64,000 nucleotides of DNA from Longimicrobiales bacterium. GTDB taxonomy: Bacteria > Gemmatimonadota > Gemmatimonadetes > Longimicrobiales > Gaopeijiaceae. Below, in pieces: positions 28,624-38,229 of this stretch; position 1 is the stretch's first letter, and each line of letters opens with the position of its first letter. Made by a program: the position numbers and the translations under genes. Under the pieces are notes generated by a model. The model was not told the origin of the DNA and searched no databases. It worked only from the letters and a program-made list of their open reading frames with translations. The stretch lies in contig CBDFIQ010000002.1 in NCBI GenBank assembly GCA_965248195.1, positions 2,272,001-2,336,000 of the forward strand. The letters run 5' to 3'.

Positions 28624-30615
28624 CTATTCGTCCGAACCCGAGGAAGGCGGACGCCGGGGACTCCGTCGTGTCCTACGCCGAGCCCCACCGGATCTGGGGG
28701 CCGGAGTGGGCGAGGAGGAGGAATCTGATGCCGGATCGGACGAAGAGCCGGATCTGGGGGCCGGAGTGGGCGAGGAGGAGGAATCTGATACCGGATCGGA
28801 CGAAGAAAACCCATCAGGCACCGGATCGGACGAGGAGAACGAATCAGGCACCGGATCGGACGAGGAGAACGAACTCGGAGTTGGCACGCTCCCCACATCT
28901 GGGCCGGGGTTTACGCCCACGGTTTTCTTCCGCAGGGCAGGATCTGCCCCCCTAACCGGCTCTGACGTGACCTCTTTTTCATTCCGGGCCTTCCCGGACC
29001 GCCGTTCCAAATCGGCCCTCCACTCGGCCAATACTTGAGGCGCCCGGCGGGGAACGACCTCGGCCACCCGCCCAGGCTCGGTCTCGAACACGACGAAGAC
29101 GTCCGCCCCGAAGGCCTCCACCAAGGATTCGGCGGTCTTCTTGCCTACCCCTCCGTAGGAGTTCGTCAGATAGCTGACGATCGCCCGCTTGCTCGTGGGC
29201 AAGCCGAGGGCGCCAGCATCGATACGGGCTCCGGACTCGGAGCGATCCGGCGTTCCACTTGCCTTACCGACAACCTGACCCTCAAGGAGCACTGGGCCGT
29301 CCGTTTCTTTTCGACCCCCGGAGCCTCCTCGAGGCCCTAGGCGACCAGCGGAGACGCCGCCCCCACTCGATGAGCTACCCTCGGTTGCCACGGACGGCGA
29401 ACCGATGGCCGCGGAGTCCGCAAGTGATACGCGGTAGTTGCCCATCTCCGTCTTTTCCAGGGAAATCACACCATGCTCTTCCGCCTGAAGGAGGAAGCGG
29501 CTGAACTTACCGAAGCCCAGTTCCCCTTCATCGAAGCCCCTGTCCGCCTCCAACATCTTTCGTTTGACATCCGAGTCGCGAGCCGAGTCCTTCCCCATCT
29601 CCTTCAGTTTCTGAAGGCACCGCAGCATCAGATCGTAGGCCGACCGGAGCGGCTCGGGATCCAGATCTCCCTCTGGGCTCGAACCCTCAACTTCTTCCCT
29701 GGCCTCCACTCGCCCCGCATCCCTCGCCTCCCCGGCGCCGACCCTGCCGCTCCGCTGGGCCCTCGCCGGCCTCCCCCTTCGCACGGACGGCCGGGCCCGT
29801 GCCTTGGGTTCCTTCGTGGCGTCCGAATTCTCGGAGGATCCCCGACCCGAGCCCGGCGTGACCTCGTACTGCCCATTTTCGAGCTTGTGGAGTCGGAGCA
29901 GACCCCGAGTGGAAGCTTCGGCGACAAACTTCGAAAACTTGCTGAAGCCGAAATTTCCCTCGCTGAACCTGCCGTCGAGCTCCAACATCACCTGCTTGAG
30001 GCGGTCGGATCGCATGACGTCGCCCCGTGTGGTCATGCGGCTCACCGCCCTCTCCAGGAGATCCCACGGATCGTTGTCCTTACCGCCAATTTCGGTCGTC
30101 TTCCGAAGCCCGGTGAGGCTCGTGTAGGAGTAGTATTCGTCGCAATTCTGAACCAGGATGTCCGAGCTGGATTCCTGGATCCCCACACCGATCACATACT
30201 TTCCGTACTCCTTGAGCTTCAAGACCAGGCTCGAAAAGTCGGAATCCCCCGTGAGAAGAATGAAAGTGCCGATTTCCGGTCGGATGAAGACCAACTCCAC
30301 CCCGTCGATCGCCATCCGGATGTCGGTCGCGTTCTTCTTCGAGCTCCCGTACGCGGGAGCGAAGATCAAGTCGACCGACGCCTCGGAAAGCGGGACGATG
30401 TATTGCGGATAGCGCCGCCAGTCGGCATAGGCCCGCTGGACGGTCACCTTACCGCGGATGACGTCGGATTGGAGTAGGCTCTTGAGTTCCTTGGAGAGGT
30501 CACTACGCATCCCCATCGTGACGTTGTCGAAGTCGATGAGGAGGGCCGCGTTGGGAGCATCGGCCGGTGCTTTGCTGGGCCCCTCTACATGGGGGGCCTG
30601 AGTATACTGATTCAT
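28624..30615 (-). CDS. NYN (LabA/DUF88) domain protein with two OST-HTH/LOTUS domains, an HhH domain and a repetitive tail
   Basis: LLIDFDNV, RAYADW, KNATDIRMAID, TGDSDFSSL; two F(S/D)EG..GF.KFS(K/R)F LOTUS signatures; YLTNSYGGVGKKTAESLVEAFG. Confidence 0.85.
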   Translation of the reverse strand: MNQYTQAPHVEGPSKAPADAPNAALLIDFDNVTMGMRSDLSKELKSLLQSDVIRGKVTVQRAYADWRRYPQYIVPLSEASVDLIFAPAYGSSKKNATDIRMAIDGVELVFIRPEIGTFILLTGDSDFSSLVLKLKEYGKYVIGVGIQESSSDILVQNCDEYYSYTSLTGLRKTTEIGGKDNDPWDLLERAVSRMTTRGDVMRSDRLKQVMLELDGRFSEGNFGFSKFSKFVAEASTRGLLRLHKLENGQYEVTPGSGRGSSENSDATKEPKARARPSVRRGRPARAQRSGRVGAGEARDAGRVEAREEVEGSSPEGDLDPEPLRSAYDLMLRCLQKLKEMGKDSARDSDVKRKMLEADRGFDEGELGFGKFSRFLLQAEEHGVISLEKTEMGNYRVSLADSAAIGSPSVATEGSSSSGGGVSAGRLGPRGGSGGRKETDGPVLLEGQVVGKASGTPDRSESGARIDAGALGLPTSKRAIVSYLTNSYGGVGKKTAESLVEAFGADVFVVFETEPGRVAEVVPRRAPQVLAEWRADLERRSGKARNEKEVTSEPVRGADPALRKKTVGVNPGPDVGSVPTPSSFSSSDPVPDSFSSSDPVPDGFSSSDPVSDSSSSPTPAPRSGSSSDPASDSSSSPTPAPRSGGARRRTRRSPRRPPSSGSDE
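28688..28875. repeat. in-frame coding tandem repeats (2 x 60 bp, then 3 x 30 bp)
   Basis: 60-bp units start at 28688 and 28748. CCGGATCGGACGA.GA.AAC units start at 28791, 28821 and 28851. They encode the SSSDPV(P/S)D repeats. Confidence 0.9.
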
Positions 30616-30749
30616 TTTTTTCCTTCTCGCGAAAATTTCTTGCCGGCCGCACTCGCGAGACCTCCCCACTCATGCCAGTCCTTCGCGTCGCGACGTCACG
30701 GATCTGGAACGAGTCGGGGGGGTCACTGATCAGAGTGCCCGGCGATCCT

Positions 30750-32399
30750 TCATGTCTTTGGTTCTGCGTGCGCCGCTCGAATGAGGCGCGCCAACTCGCC
30801 CCGCTGGACCCTTCCGGTCCCCGTCAGCGGGAATTCGTCCATGAACTGGACGACATCGGGTACCTTGTAATCGGCGAGTGTGACCGAGCACCAATCTTGG
30901 ATCTCTTGGCCGGTCACGATGGCCCCCTCCTCCGGGAGGACGCACGCGCAGATGGCCTCTCCCAGAAGCTCGTCCGGGACGCCAGCCACCATGGCCTCAC
31001 GTATCGCCGGGTGTGATTGAAGTCGATCCTCAACCTCCCGGGGGTATACGTTTGAGCCACTTCGAATGATAACCTCTTTCTTGCGGCCAACCAAATGGAT
31101 GAAGCCTTCCTCGTCCTCCATCCCAAGATCACCCGTAAGAAAGTACCCGTCCGAGTCGAACAAGCTGGATGTCTCACGCGGCTGTCGATAATACCCCCGC
31201 ATGACCCCTGGACCCCGGACCGCGATCTCGCCCACGCTCTCCACGGGCAACTCAGCTCCATCCGGGTCTACGATCCTGACAACATTGTTCTCCAGAGGAC
31301 GCCCGACGGTGAAGATACGTTTCGCCTCCGGATCGTCTGGTCTCGTGATGCAAACGGTCGAGGACGTCTCCGTGAGAGAGTAGGCGATCAAAAGCTCCGG
31401 GCAGATCTTCTCCTGTGCCGCCTTCACGAAATCGTCCGACACGGGCGCCCCCGCGACCAACCCGCGGCGTAGAGAACCGAGATCTCTTGGGGCCTTTGCC
31501 TGCTCTCTGAGCTCTGCGACGAACAGCGTCGGCACCCCATAGTGGACCGTCGCCCGGTGGCGCTCCACGAGGTCCAAAGCTCCGGCGGGTCCAAATTCAT
31601 CCTGAAGGACGAGCGTTGACCCCGACAAGAGGGACCCGAGGATGCCCGGCCCCAGCCCGAACACGTGAAACAAGGCCATGATGCCCACCACACGATCGTC
31701 TCGGTCCAGCCCTAGAGCGTCCGCCGTACTCCCCGCTACCTGCAGGAGGTTCGCGTGCGTCAGCTCCACGCCTTTGGGCTTGCCCGTCGTGCCGGCCGTG
31801 TAGACGATGGCGAAAACTTCATCTGCCGAGGGCGGTGAGCTCGCCGAGTAATCCCGTCCCCCCCCGGCCGAGAGCAGATCCTCCAACTGAAAGACACGGT
31901 CATCGTACCAGAGATCCTCCTGACCCACCGTAACGAGGTACTGGAGCTCCGGAAGCTGTACCAGCAGCTCCTCGAAGAGTTGAAGGAAGTCGAGGTCTTC
32001 CACGGTTTCCGCGGTAATCGCCACCACCGCCTCGGAATGGCGGAGGGTATATCGCAGATCATCGGCCGTCAGTCTCGGATTCAAAGGCACCAGGACGGCC
32101 CCCAGCTTGGCCACTGCGAACATCGAGATGACGAACTCCGGCCACGACGGCATCACAACGGCCACCCGATCTCCCGGCTCGATACCGAGACCATGCAGCG
32201 ACGCCGCCAGAGCCTCCGCACGAGTCTCCATCTGCCCGAATGTGACGACCTCGTCTCCGTGGATCAGAAAGGTGCCTTCCGGATCCGTCGTGGCACGTGA
32301 GGCGAGGGCGGCCGGCACCGTGAGGTCGGCCGGTCGTCCTCCGACCGACTCGCCCCTCTTCCGTTTTTTTGGTACCGGACCCGAATCCGAGGCGTTCAC
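30750..32399 (-). CDS. class I adenylate-forming enzyme (acyl-CoA ligase-like)
   Basis: [54 protein letters not shown]. Confidence 0.9.
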   Translation of the reverse strand: MNASDSGPVPKKRKRGESVGGRPADLTVPAALASRATTDPEGTFLIHGDEVVTFGQMETRAEALAASLHGLGIEPGDRVAVVMPSWPEFVISMFAVAKLGAVLVPLNPRLTADDLRYTLRHSEAVVAITAETVEDLDFLQLFEELLVQLPELQYLVTVGQEDLWYDDRVFQLEDLLSAGGGRDYSASSPPSADEVFAIVYTAGTTGKPKGVELTHANLLQVAGSTADALGLDRDDRVVGIMALFHVFGLGPGILGSLLSGSTLVLQDEFGPAGALDLVERHRATVHYGVPTLFVAELREQAKAPRDLGSLRRGLVAGAPVSDDFVKAAQEKICPELLIAYSLTETSSTVCITRPDDPEAKRIFTVGRPLENNVVRIVDPDGAELPVESVGEIAVRGPGVMRGYYRQPRETSSLFDSDGYFLTGDLGMEDEEGFIHLVGRKKEVIIRSGSNVYPREVEDRLQSHPAIREAMVAGVPDELLGEAICACVLPEEGAIVTGQEIQDWCSVTLADYKVPDVVQFMDEFPLTGTGRVQRGELARLIRAAHAEPKT

Positions 32400-32408
32400 G
32401 TCTGCACT

Positions 32409-33521
32409 CTAGAAGGCGTTGACGAGGCCCAACACGGTGTCTTCGTCGACAGGATGACTCCACGACCCGTCGGCAGCGTGGACCGCTCCGATACGAGAGA
32501 GTAATACGAAGCGCGTCCGTCCGCGGCGAACCTTCTTATCCGAAGCAAGATAAGTCATGATGTCGTCTGGCGCGGCCCCATTCGGGATACCGACCGGAAG
32601 TCCCACACTCGCCACGACCTGCTCGAGTCGCTCAACGACGTCTGGGCCGGTCACCCCCAGCGACACTCCAAGGCGAGCCTCCAGAATCATTCCGCACGCG
32701 ACGGCGGTCCCGTGGGGAACACGAAAGGAACAGGCCGCTTCGATCGCGTGGCCGAGAGTATGACCGAAATTCAGGATCTCCCTCCGGCCGGCCTCACTTT
32801 CGTCCTCCGACACCACCGCAGATTTCAGTTCCACCGACCGCGCCACCGCCCGCTCGAGCACACCGGCCTCTCCGTCCAGAATCGCCGGCATCTCTCGCTC
32901 GAGCTCGGTGAAATACGCGTCATCCATGATCACGCCGTGCTTGACGGCCTCGATCATCCCCTGGGCCCGCTCGGCTCTCGGGAGCGTGGCCACGACGTCC
33001 GGATCCGCCACGACGAGATTGGGAGCGTGAAACGCTCCGACGAGATTCTTTCCGGCCGCGACGTCCACTCCGGTCTTTCCACCGATAGAGGCATCGATCA
33101 TCGCCACCAGACTAGTCGGTACCTGCACTACCGGGATGCCTCTCATGTACGTCGCCGCGACGAAGCCGCCGAGGTCACCCGTGACGCCTCCACCCATCGC
33201 GATCAGGCATGAGTCCCGGCCGAATCCGGCTTGGAGGAGGCGATCGGTCAAATCGGACCACGTGGTGCGACTCTTGTTTCGTTCACCAGCCCGGAAGGTG
33301 AAGAGTTCGGCATTCAGTCCGGCATCCTTCAGCTGAAGGATCGCGGGCTCTCCGTAGAGCGGCGCCACGTTGGAGTCGGAGACCAGGGCGTACCGATGGG
33401 CGGGCGCGTACTCCTCCAGCAACGGAGCCATGGAGCCGAGTAGGCCTCGGCCCACAAGCACCTGGTAGAGTCCCGACACCCCACTGGTCGTGACAGCAAT
33501 CGCAGCTGTCTTATCGGTCAT
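32409..33521 (-). CDS. aroB: 3-dehydroquinate synthase
   Basis: GERNKS, GGGVTGDLGGFVAATYMRG, DASIGGKTG, KNLVGAFH, LNFGHTLGHAIE, HGTAV, DKK. Confidence 0.96.
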   Translation of the reverse strand: MTDKTAAIAVTTSGVSGLYQVLVGRGLLGSMAPLLEEYAPAHRYALVSDSNVAPLYGEPAILQLKDAGLNAELFTFRAGERNKSRTTWSDLTDRLLQAGFGRDSCLIAMGGGVTGDLGGFVAATYMRGIPVVQVPTSLVAMIDASIGGKTGVDVAAGKNLVGAFHAPNLVVADPDVVATLPRAERAQGMIEAVKHGVIMDDAYFTELEREMPAILDGEAGVLERAVARSVELKSAVVSEDESEAGRREILNFGHTLGHAIEAACSFRVPHGTAVACGMILEARLGVSLGVTGPDVVERLEQVVASVGLPVGIPNGAAPDDIMTYLASDKKVRRGRTRFVLLSRIGAVHAADGSWSHPVDEDTVLGLVNAF

Positions 33522-33534
33522 TAGCAGTCCATCC

Positions 33535-34821
33535 TCACGGGTTCCTCACGGACGCCGCTACCCCGGGCGTGCCCCCCACCAACAGCCGCGTCGCGGGAAG
33601 GCCCCCAATCTCCATCACCGTCAACGACGCTTGCCTGGGGAAAGCCGACAAGCGCGGCTCCAGCTCACGGGCGAATTCGTTACGCTGCGCCTCCGTGTCC
33701 CAGACACCGAACCAAGCGAGCGAGCGATGTCCATCACGGTCAGCCAGGAGTACGTAACGATCCCCCCCCCAGCCGAGTGCCGAGCTGCGAGAGGCGCCAA
33801 CCGTCTCTAACAGGATCCCGAGCTCCAGCTCGCCCAACGTGTCCTCGTAGAGGCGGCTCCACCCGTCTTCCACCGACACCTCGATTCTTCGAGGCACGTC
33901 CCGCTGCCCACGCACGAAATTCTCGGGGTGGAGTACCTGCTCCGTGGAACCCGGAAGGTCGGGGCCGAACGGCGGCGCACCGCGCCCTCGCTCTCTCCAA
34001 AGGGACTCGACCAACGTTACGCCACCTCTGTATGGAAACAACACGGACTCCTGCAAGACGAGGGGCGCTCCCGCAAGAGCCGGAGACTGAGTTGTCGCCG
34101 CCGCCAACGCCGGGCCCAAACGTGCAGAGAAATCCGGCACGTCCATGAGGTCCAACGCTCCCCGCCCCTGCTCACGCATCAGAAATTCAAACATCACCAG
34201 AGTCGCATGCCCCTCGATCGCCGCCTGTGCAGCCACGCGCCGGTCGTTGTTCAGGCCAGGGGCCGTGATGGCATCCAAATCCGTGCTCTGGTCCTGGATG
34301 GCGTGAACCAATTCGTGCACCAAGAGCGACTCGATCGCCTCGTCGGGCTGGTCGTCGAGAACGAACAGCGTCGTAGAGTCGGGATCGTAAAAACCTGCGA
34401 TCTGTTCCAGATAGAGGTCCTGGAGCGTGCCCCTCAAATCCATGTCAGGTGGAACGAGACCGAGGAGCGCGTAAGCCCCCGTGAGCAACTCGGCCCGCCC
34501 CTCCGGAAACTCCTCGTCGATCTTGAACTCCAAGTACCGCTCTAGGTCCGCCCGAGAGCGGCGCTCTACGCGGACCGGGTCTCGAAGCTCCATTCCCGAA
34601 CGGGACGCGAGGTCGGGTAGAATCCGCACCGCGATTTCCGCGAGCCTTGGATCGGATGACGTCACGAGCGCACGGTCTCCGGAACCCCCGCAGGCCAAAC
34701 CCGTGAGGAGAAGCGGCAGAACCAGAGCCGCCAACGCGCGCCGAGTCGGACCTCCCACCGATCCGCGGGGGACTGCACCCACCGGCGGGGGAATTTCACC
34801 CATCGGCGGGGACTCTTCCAT
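33535..34821 (-). CDS. lipoprotein with an HExxH zinc-metallopeptidase motif
   Basis: Lipobox GLAC; AGFYDP, LVHELVHAIQDQ...IEGHAT, FPY..G, STEQVLHP, GWGGDRY. True start may lie downstream. Confidence 0.75.
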   Translation of the reverse strand: MEESPPMGEIPPPVGAVPRGSVGGPTRRALAALVLPLLLTGLACGGSGDRALVTSSDPRLAEIAVRILPDLASRSGMELRDPVRVERRSRADLERYLEFKIDEEFPEGRAELLTGAYALLGLVPPDMDLRGTLQDLYLEQIAGFYDPDSTTLFVLDDQPDEAIESLLVHELVHAIQDQSTDLDAITAPGLNNDRRVAAQAAIEGHATLVMFEFLMREQGRGALDLMDVPDFSARLGPALAAATTQSPALAGAPLVLQESVLFPYRGGVTLVESLWRERGRGAPPFGPDLPGSTEQVLHPENFVRGQRDVPRRIEVSVEDGWSRLYEDTLGELELGILLETVGASRSSALGWGGDRYVLLADRDGHRSLAWFGVWDTEAQRNEFARELEPRLSAFPRQASLTVMEIGGLPATRLLVGGTPGVAASVRNP

Positions 34822-35161
34822 ACCGGTCCTCCAACCGGACGACGTCGTCCAGGTGCGGGGTCGATGCCTCTAGAACATCACAGTCCGTGATCGCGACCAT
34901 GCGGTGGACGGTTCCCGTAGAAACGTGGAAGCTCTCACCGGCCTTCAGGTCGATATCTTCGAGGTCGGTCTCGGAACTCCCCGCAGAAAAACGCATCTCG
35001 CCCGAGAGGAGGTGGATCGTCTCGTCTTTCCGTTCGTGGTACTGCAGTGAAAGTGCCTCACCCGCGTGAATGTGCAGGATCTTACCCACGTACTCGCTCG
35101 TGTCTGCCCAGATGAGTTCGTAGCCCCACGGCTTGTCCACGCGTCGCGGAGTATGCTTCAA
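34796..35161 (-). CDS. cupin domain protein (mannose-6-phosphate isomerase-like)
   Basis: VDKPWGYE, LSLQYHERKDET, VHRM, EASTPHLDDVVRLEDRYGR. Confidence 0.88.
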   Translation of the reverse strand: MKHTPRRVDKPWGYELIWADTSEYVGKILHIHAGEALSLQYHERKDETIHLLSGEMRFSAGSSETDLEDIDLKAGESFHVSTGTVHRMVAITDCDVLEASTPHLDDVVRLEDRYGRVPADG

Positions 35162-35273
35162 GTTCGGCTTCCCGTTGGAGGTGGGGAAGAGGGCCGATCG
35201 AGGGCGAGCGTTCGGAACGTCCCGGAAAAGTGACGTTGACGGACACCGCGACCGAGGTCAAGGGTCGGAGCGC

Positions 35274-35289
35274 TGGCACGAAAGCTGCA
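35274..35289 (+). promoter_or_regulatory. sigma-54 (-24/-12) promoter upstream of the PBP1A gene
   Basis: TGGCACG-AAAG-CTGCA has exact GG-N10-GC spacing. A second, weaker TGGCACG-ATCG-AAGC lies at 35338-35352. Confidence 0.55.
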
Positions 35290-35480
35290 ATCGGTTTGCA
35301 TGGCGACGGGACGGGTTCCGCCCGGTGATGGCAAGGGTGGCACGATCGAAGCCGCATTGGCTTGGATGGACCCTAGCGGCGTCTCATCGGTACGTGGACG
35401 GTGTCTATCCACAGCGTAGGGTGAGTGGGCACCCTCGGAGACGGGAAATCGGGGACGGCCGCTAAACAACGGGAGGTTTG

Positions 35481-37622
35481 ATGTCCGTGATCAAAATGCT
35501 GTGGGATCCCCGCGTCTTGGGCCTCGCCGCGATTCTCTTCCTTTCGCTCGGGCTCGGCGTGGCCTGGGGTACCTGGCGGAACGTCTGCTCCGACTGCCCT
35601 TCGATCGCGCAGATCCAGACCTTCGAAGCCCAGCAAGCCAGCAAGCTCTACAGCCACGATGGGCGCTTGCTGGCGGAGCTCGGCGTCGAGCGCCGGACAC
35701 CCGTGTCCATCAACGCTCTCCCCGATTACGTGCCACAGGCGTTTGTGGCCGTGGAAGACAAGCGCTTCTACGACCACAGAGGCATCGACCCGCGCGGGAT
35801 CGCACGTGCGATCGTCGGCGTCCTCACCGGACGGAACCGCGGCGGCGGGAGCACGATCACGCAGCAGCTGGCCCGCAATATGTTCGAGACCCGGGTCGGA
35901 TTCGAGCGTCGACACATCTGGGGATTCGTCGTACGAAAGCTCAAAGAGTTTCAGGTGGCCTTCAACCTGGAGCGTGCGTACACGAAGGATCAGATCCTCG
36001 AAGCCTACATGAACGAGATCCTCTACGGGCATGGCTGGTGGGGCATCCAGACCGCCGCCAGAAACTACTTCGCGAAGAACGCCGCTGATCTCAACCCGGC
36101 GGAGGCCGCCCTCCTCGCTGCCATTCCAAACCGTCCGGGGTCCTACAGCCCGTTCTTGAACCTTGAAAACGCTGAACGCCGGAGGCGACTCGTGCTTCGG
36201 CGCATGGTCGAGCAGGACGTTCTCCCCGCGCACGACTTCGAGCGTTACGCGAACGCCCCGCTTCCGACCGAACGAGCGGTCGCGGGTGGGAGCGTGGCGC
36301 CCTACTTCGAGGAGTGGGTCCGCCAGATTCTGGACGACCGCTTCGGAAGCAAGCTCTACACCGCAGGATTGAACGTATACACGACCCTCGACGTACCCAT
36401 GCAACGGGCTGCGGAGACATCCATGCAGGAGGGGTGGGCCGGGATCGAGGCCCGGGCCGGCTTCGAACACATTACGTATGACGCCTACCAGGATTCCCTC
36501 GCCGCGGGGGTGGTGCTGGGTGATTCCGTCGCGTACGTGGAGGGGCTACTCATCGCCCTGGACCCATGGACCGGATCGGTCCGAGCCTTGATCGGTGGCC
36601 GGGACTTCAGCCTCTCGAAGTTCAACCGCGCGAGGCAGGCCCTACGCCAAGCCGGATCGGGCTTCAAACCTTTCGTATACACCGCCGCCGTGGCCAGCCG
36701 CATTCCCACGACCTATGTGGTTCTGGACGGCCCGTACGTTACGATGCAGGTCGACGGAACGGAGTGGAGGCCCACCAATTATTCGGGACGTTTCGAGGGT
36801 CCGATGACCCTTCGCACCGGCCTGATGAGATCTCAGAACTTGATCGCCATCAAGCTGGCCCAGGAGATCGGGCTCGAGAGCGTGGCCCAGACAGCGCGGC
36901 GTATGGGGATTCGAAGCGAGATCGAACGGTTCCCATCGACGGCCATCGGAGCGGTGGAGGTGATACCTCTGGAGATGGCCGAGGCGTACTCGACGTTCGC
37001 GAACCAGGGCACCAAGGTCCGGCCTTTCCCGATTCTGAGGGTCGAGGACGCCCAAGGACGGATTCTCTGGGACCCACAGCCGGAACGCACCGAGGTCCTC
37101 GACCCGCTGGTGGCTCGCATCATGACCTCCATGCTTCGGGGTGTGGTGGATGGCGGAACCGGATACAATGCCATCAGAAATGTGGCGGGGCTCCCGTACG
37201 AAGTCGTTGCGGGCGGCAAGACCGGTACGACGAACGACGGCACGGACATCTGGTTCAATGGCTTCACGCCGAACTTGCTCGCGACGGTTTGGTTCGGGAT
37301 GGACCTCCCCCAGGAGATCTGGCCGGGCGCGACCGGCGCCGGCGCCCCGGCACCCGTGTGGGGCAATTTCATGCGGCGCGTGTACTACGGGGATCCGAAC
37401 GCGCTCGACCAGGAACTACAGGAGCCGACGCTTCCGGTCCCCGAGCCGTGGGCGATCCCCGACGGGCTGGTGACGCGCCTCATCGACCGCACCACGGGGA
37501 AACTCGCCTCGCAGTGGTGCCCCCAAGAGGAGCAGATTTTGGAGATGTTCCTTCCGGGCACCGAGCCCACGGAGTACTGCGACCGAGACGACTTCGGCCT
37601 GTTCCGAGCTCCGACCGACTGA
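35481..37622 (+). CDS. class A penicillin-binding protein (PBP1A family)
   Basis: GGAGG SD; GT motifs EDKRF, GGSTITQQL, RKLKE; TP motifs SGFK, SQN, KTG. Confidence 0.95.
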   Translation: MSVIKMLWDPRVLGLAAILFLSLGLGVAWGTWRNVCSDCPSIAQIQTFEAQQASKLYSHDGRLLAELGVERRTPVSINALPDYVPQAFVAVEDKRFYDHRGIDPRGIARAIVGVLTGRNRGGGSTITQQLARNMFETRVGFERRHIWGFVVRKLKEFQVAFNLERAYTKDQILEAYMNEILYGHGWWGIQTAARNYFAKNAADLNPAEAALLAAIPNRPGSYSPFLNLENAERRRRLVLRRMVEQDVLPAHDFERYANAPLPTERAVAGGSVAPYFEEWVRQILDDRFGSKLYTAGLNVYTTLDVPMQRAAETSMQEGWAGIEARAGFEHITYDAYQDSLAAGVVLGDSVAYVEGLLIALDPWTGSVRALIGGRDFSLSKFNRARQALRQAGSGFKPFVYTAAVASRIPTTYVVLDGPYVTMQVDGTEWRPTNYSGRFEGPMTLRTGLMRSQNLIAIKLAQEIGLESVAQTARRMGIRSEIERFPSTAIGAVEVIPLEMAEAYSTFANQGTKVRPFPILRVEDAQGRILWDPQPERTEVLDPLVARIMTSMLRGVVDGGTGYNAIRNVAGLPYEVVAGGKTGTTNDGTDIWFNGFTPNLLATVWFGMDLPQEIWPGATGAGAPAPVWGNFMRRVYYGDPNALDQELQEPTLPVPEPWAIPDGLVTRLIDRTTGKLASQWCPQEEQILEMFLPGTEPTEYCDRDDFGLFRAPTD

Positions 37623-37758
37623 GGACCCGTCCGATCTCGGTTGAGCGTCCCGCCTCACGGCTCCAAACGTCCCACTTGCCCGCGCTATTTCTCTCAGACG
37701 CCTGACCCCGATTCGGGTTTATATTGGGCTAGGAGTTTTCGGCATCATATAACAGTCT

Positions 37759-37794
37759 ATCGGAACCATTGCACAGATCCATCGGAACCATTGC
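37759..37794 (+). repeat. 14-bp perfect direct repeat with 22-bp period upstream of ruvX
   Basis: ATCGGAACCATTGC at 37759-37772 and 37781-37794. Confidence 0.8.
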
Positions 37795-37803
37795 CAAGAG
37801 GAT

Positions 37804-38229
37804 ATGCGCGTTCTGGGAATCGACCTCGGGGAACGACGCGTGGGCGTCGCGGTCAGCGATCCCACCGGTGCCATCGCCCAACCGCTGCCCACGCTCCGAA
37901 GGCGAGCCGGAAAGCGCATGCCCCTAGCCACACTCCACAACCTCGCGGAACAGTATGAGGTGCAGGGAATCGTGATGGGCCTTCCTTTGGCACCCTCCGG
38001 GGATGATACCGAGTGGACCCGCACCGTCCGCGAAGCCGCGAGCAAACTCGCGGAGCGTTCGGGCGTCCCGGTTCATCTCGTGGACGAACGGTTCACCTCC
38101 AGGGCCGCAGAGCGCGCCATCCGCGGGCTCGGTCTTCCGAAGAAGAAGCGAGAGGAAAAGGACCGGGTGGACGCCGCCGCTGCGGTTCTCATCCTGCAGA
38201 GCTGGCTGGATGCGAGGGCACGATCATGA
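37804..38229 (+). CDS. ruvX: Holliday junction resolvase-like / pre-16S rRNA nuclease RuvX (YqgF)
   Basis: MRVLGIDLGERRVGVAVSD, VMGLP, VDERFTS, VDAAAAVLILQSWL. Confidence 0.95.
   Translation: MRVLGIDLGERRVGVAVSDPTGAIAQPLPTLRRRAGKRMPLATLHNLAEQYEVQGIVMGLPLAPSGDDTEWTRTVREAASKLAERSGVPVHLVDERFTSRAAERAIRGLGLPKKKREEKDRVDAAAAVLILQSWLDARARS

Noticed and set aside
28688..28875. Regularly spaced repeats suggestive of a CRISPR array
   Set aside because: Units are contiguous multiples of 3 inside a CDS, with no unique spacers and no cas genes.
32410..32422. TAGAAGGCGTTGA at the aroB stop, similar to the element end
   Set aside because: It needs a gap, lies within aroB coding sequence and is too short to exclude chance.
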